Notes under the pieces: model-generated
Databases searched by the model: none
Seen by the model: the letters and a program-made list of their open reading frames with translations, nothing else
Told to the model about the DNA's origin: nothing
Made by a program: the position numbers and the translations under genes
Assembly (NCBI RefSeq): GCF_032118995.1
Contig: NC_092652.1
Location: forward strand, 27,171,339 to 27,235,338
Source: Asterias amurensis
Lineage: Eukaryota
Direction: 5' to 3'
Length of the DNA stretch: 64,000 nucleotides
Shown: piece after piece, positions 63,251 to 64,000 of the stretch
How positions within the stretch are numbered: the stretch's first letter is position 1
How the letters are laid out: every line of letters begins with the position of its first letter

Positions 63251-64000
63251 CAAGGGACCTGTGAAGAAACTCCTCTGCTGATTTCCTCAGTTGTTCTGGG
63301 TTCTCTAGTGATGGAAAACGTGTCTGAAAACAAATATAGAATCAATTTCTTGTATACAAAGTTTCAAGCAAAGGACAGGTATTACGCACTGCAGAATATG
63401 AACTGTAAATTACACATTTTTGCAACTTAATGTTCACATAATTAACAGTCCTAACTGTTTTACTTTATGCCCGTCTCACAGATTAATAAATTCAGAAAAA
63501 GAAAGTTTCTTTAACACTGTGCAGTCAATCAGGTAGAGATTCTTATCCTAATCTACATGCAAGGCTCTGGTCGAGGGTGGGATTCACACCATGGACTGCT
63601 GTGGTGAATCTAATGGGAAGCCCAACCTTACCCAATGAGAGTAGTCTCAATATTATTGGTCAGTGAAACAATATCATATCTTCTAAAATAGCATCTCTGT
63701 TACATGCAAGTTTGAAAGTGCCAAAATGTCATATCTCAGTTTAAATATCCTGGATGTAACAAACCTATAGAAGCTTAGATGTCTTTTGTTGCAGATACGA
63801 TGAGATAATTGAGATAATGATAATAAACAGCACTTATAAGAGCACAGTATCTGACATATAATGCCTTAATAGAGATGCAATATTTCAGGCTTGGAACTAC
63901 ACAGAGACCACAGGCTCCATGGCCTGTCCTGTTGCCCTGGAATTGGCCATAGTGCCCCTTCACAAATTGTTAAAATAGCCGAGCTCTTTCAAAAATGAGG

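Overview
This window is eukaryotic nuclear DNA, almost certainly from a metazoan and most likely a marine invertebrate. It is not prokaryotic: GC is about 38%, the genes are spliced with canonical GT/AG introns, microsatellites are large, and tRNA-derived SINEs and MITEs are abundant. No operons, CRISPR arrays or defence islands exist here.

There are two protein-coding genes. (1) A clear MFSD6 orthologue on the + strand at 10209-12941, with three coding exons and about 638 aa. (2) A large gene on the - strand from 42512 down to 19713. It encodes a SufS/CsdA-clade (group II cysteine desulfurase / selenocysteine-lyase-like) class-V PLP-dependent enzyme. I reconstruct it as 17 coding exons giving about 731 aa, with GT/AG at all 16 introns and every exon phase consistent. 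The PLP-lysine motif (SPHKFVGG), the EHHSNILPW motif, the GGGT motif and the active-site cysteine loop (ARGGCACAGP) are all visible.

Everything else is repeat-rich intergenic or intronic DNA:
- At least 14 copies of a roughly 385-bp MITE with 'AGGCAGTGGACACTATTGG' terminal inverted repeats flanked by TTAA, which suggests a piggyBac-type origin. One copy carries a nested insertion of a second TTAA-flanked MITE. In another copy the terminus has expanded into a 27-bp satellite.
- A roughly 600-bp dispersed element, present twice, that pairs a 170-bp perfect hairpin with a CCAAT/TATA promoter-like module.
- tRNA-derived SINEs with a MIR/Deu-like core.
- A conserved transposon-derived ORF fragment.
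- A 1.45-kb pure (TAA)n tract, a (CAAA)n tract, and tandem repeats with 125-bp and 36-bp units.
- Several G10-15 homopolymers.

Nothing here resembles a novel prokaryotic-style system. The most noteworthy biology is the intron-rich SufS-type gene with lineage-specific N- and C-terminal extensions, and the transposon dynamics.
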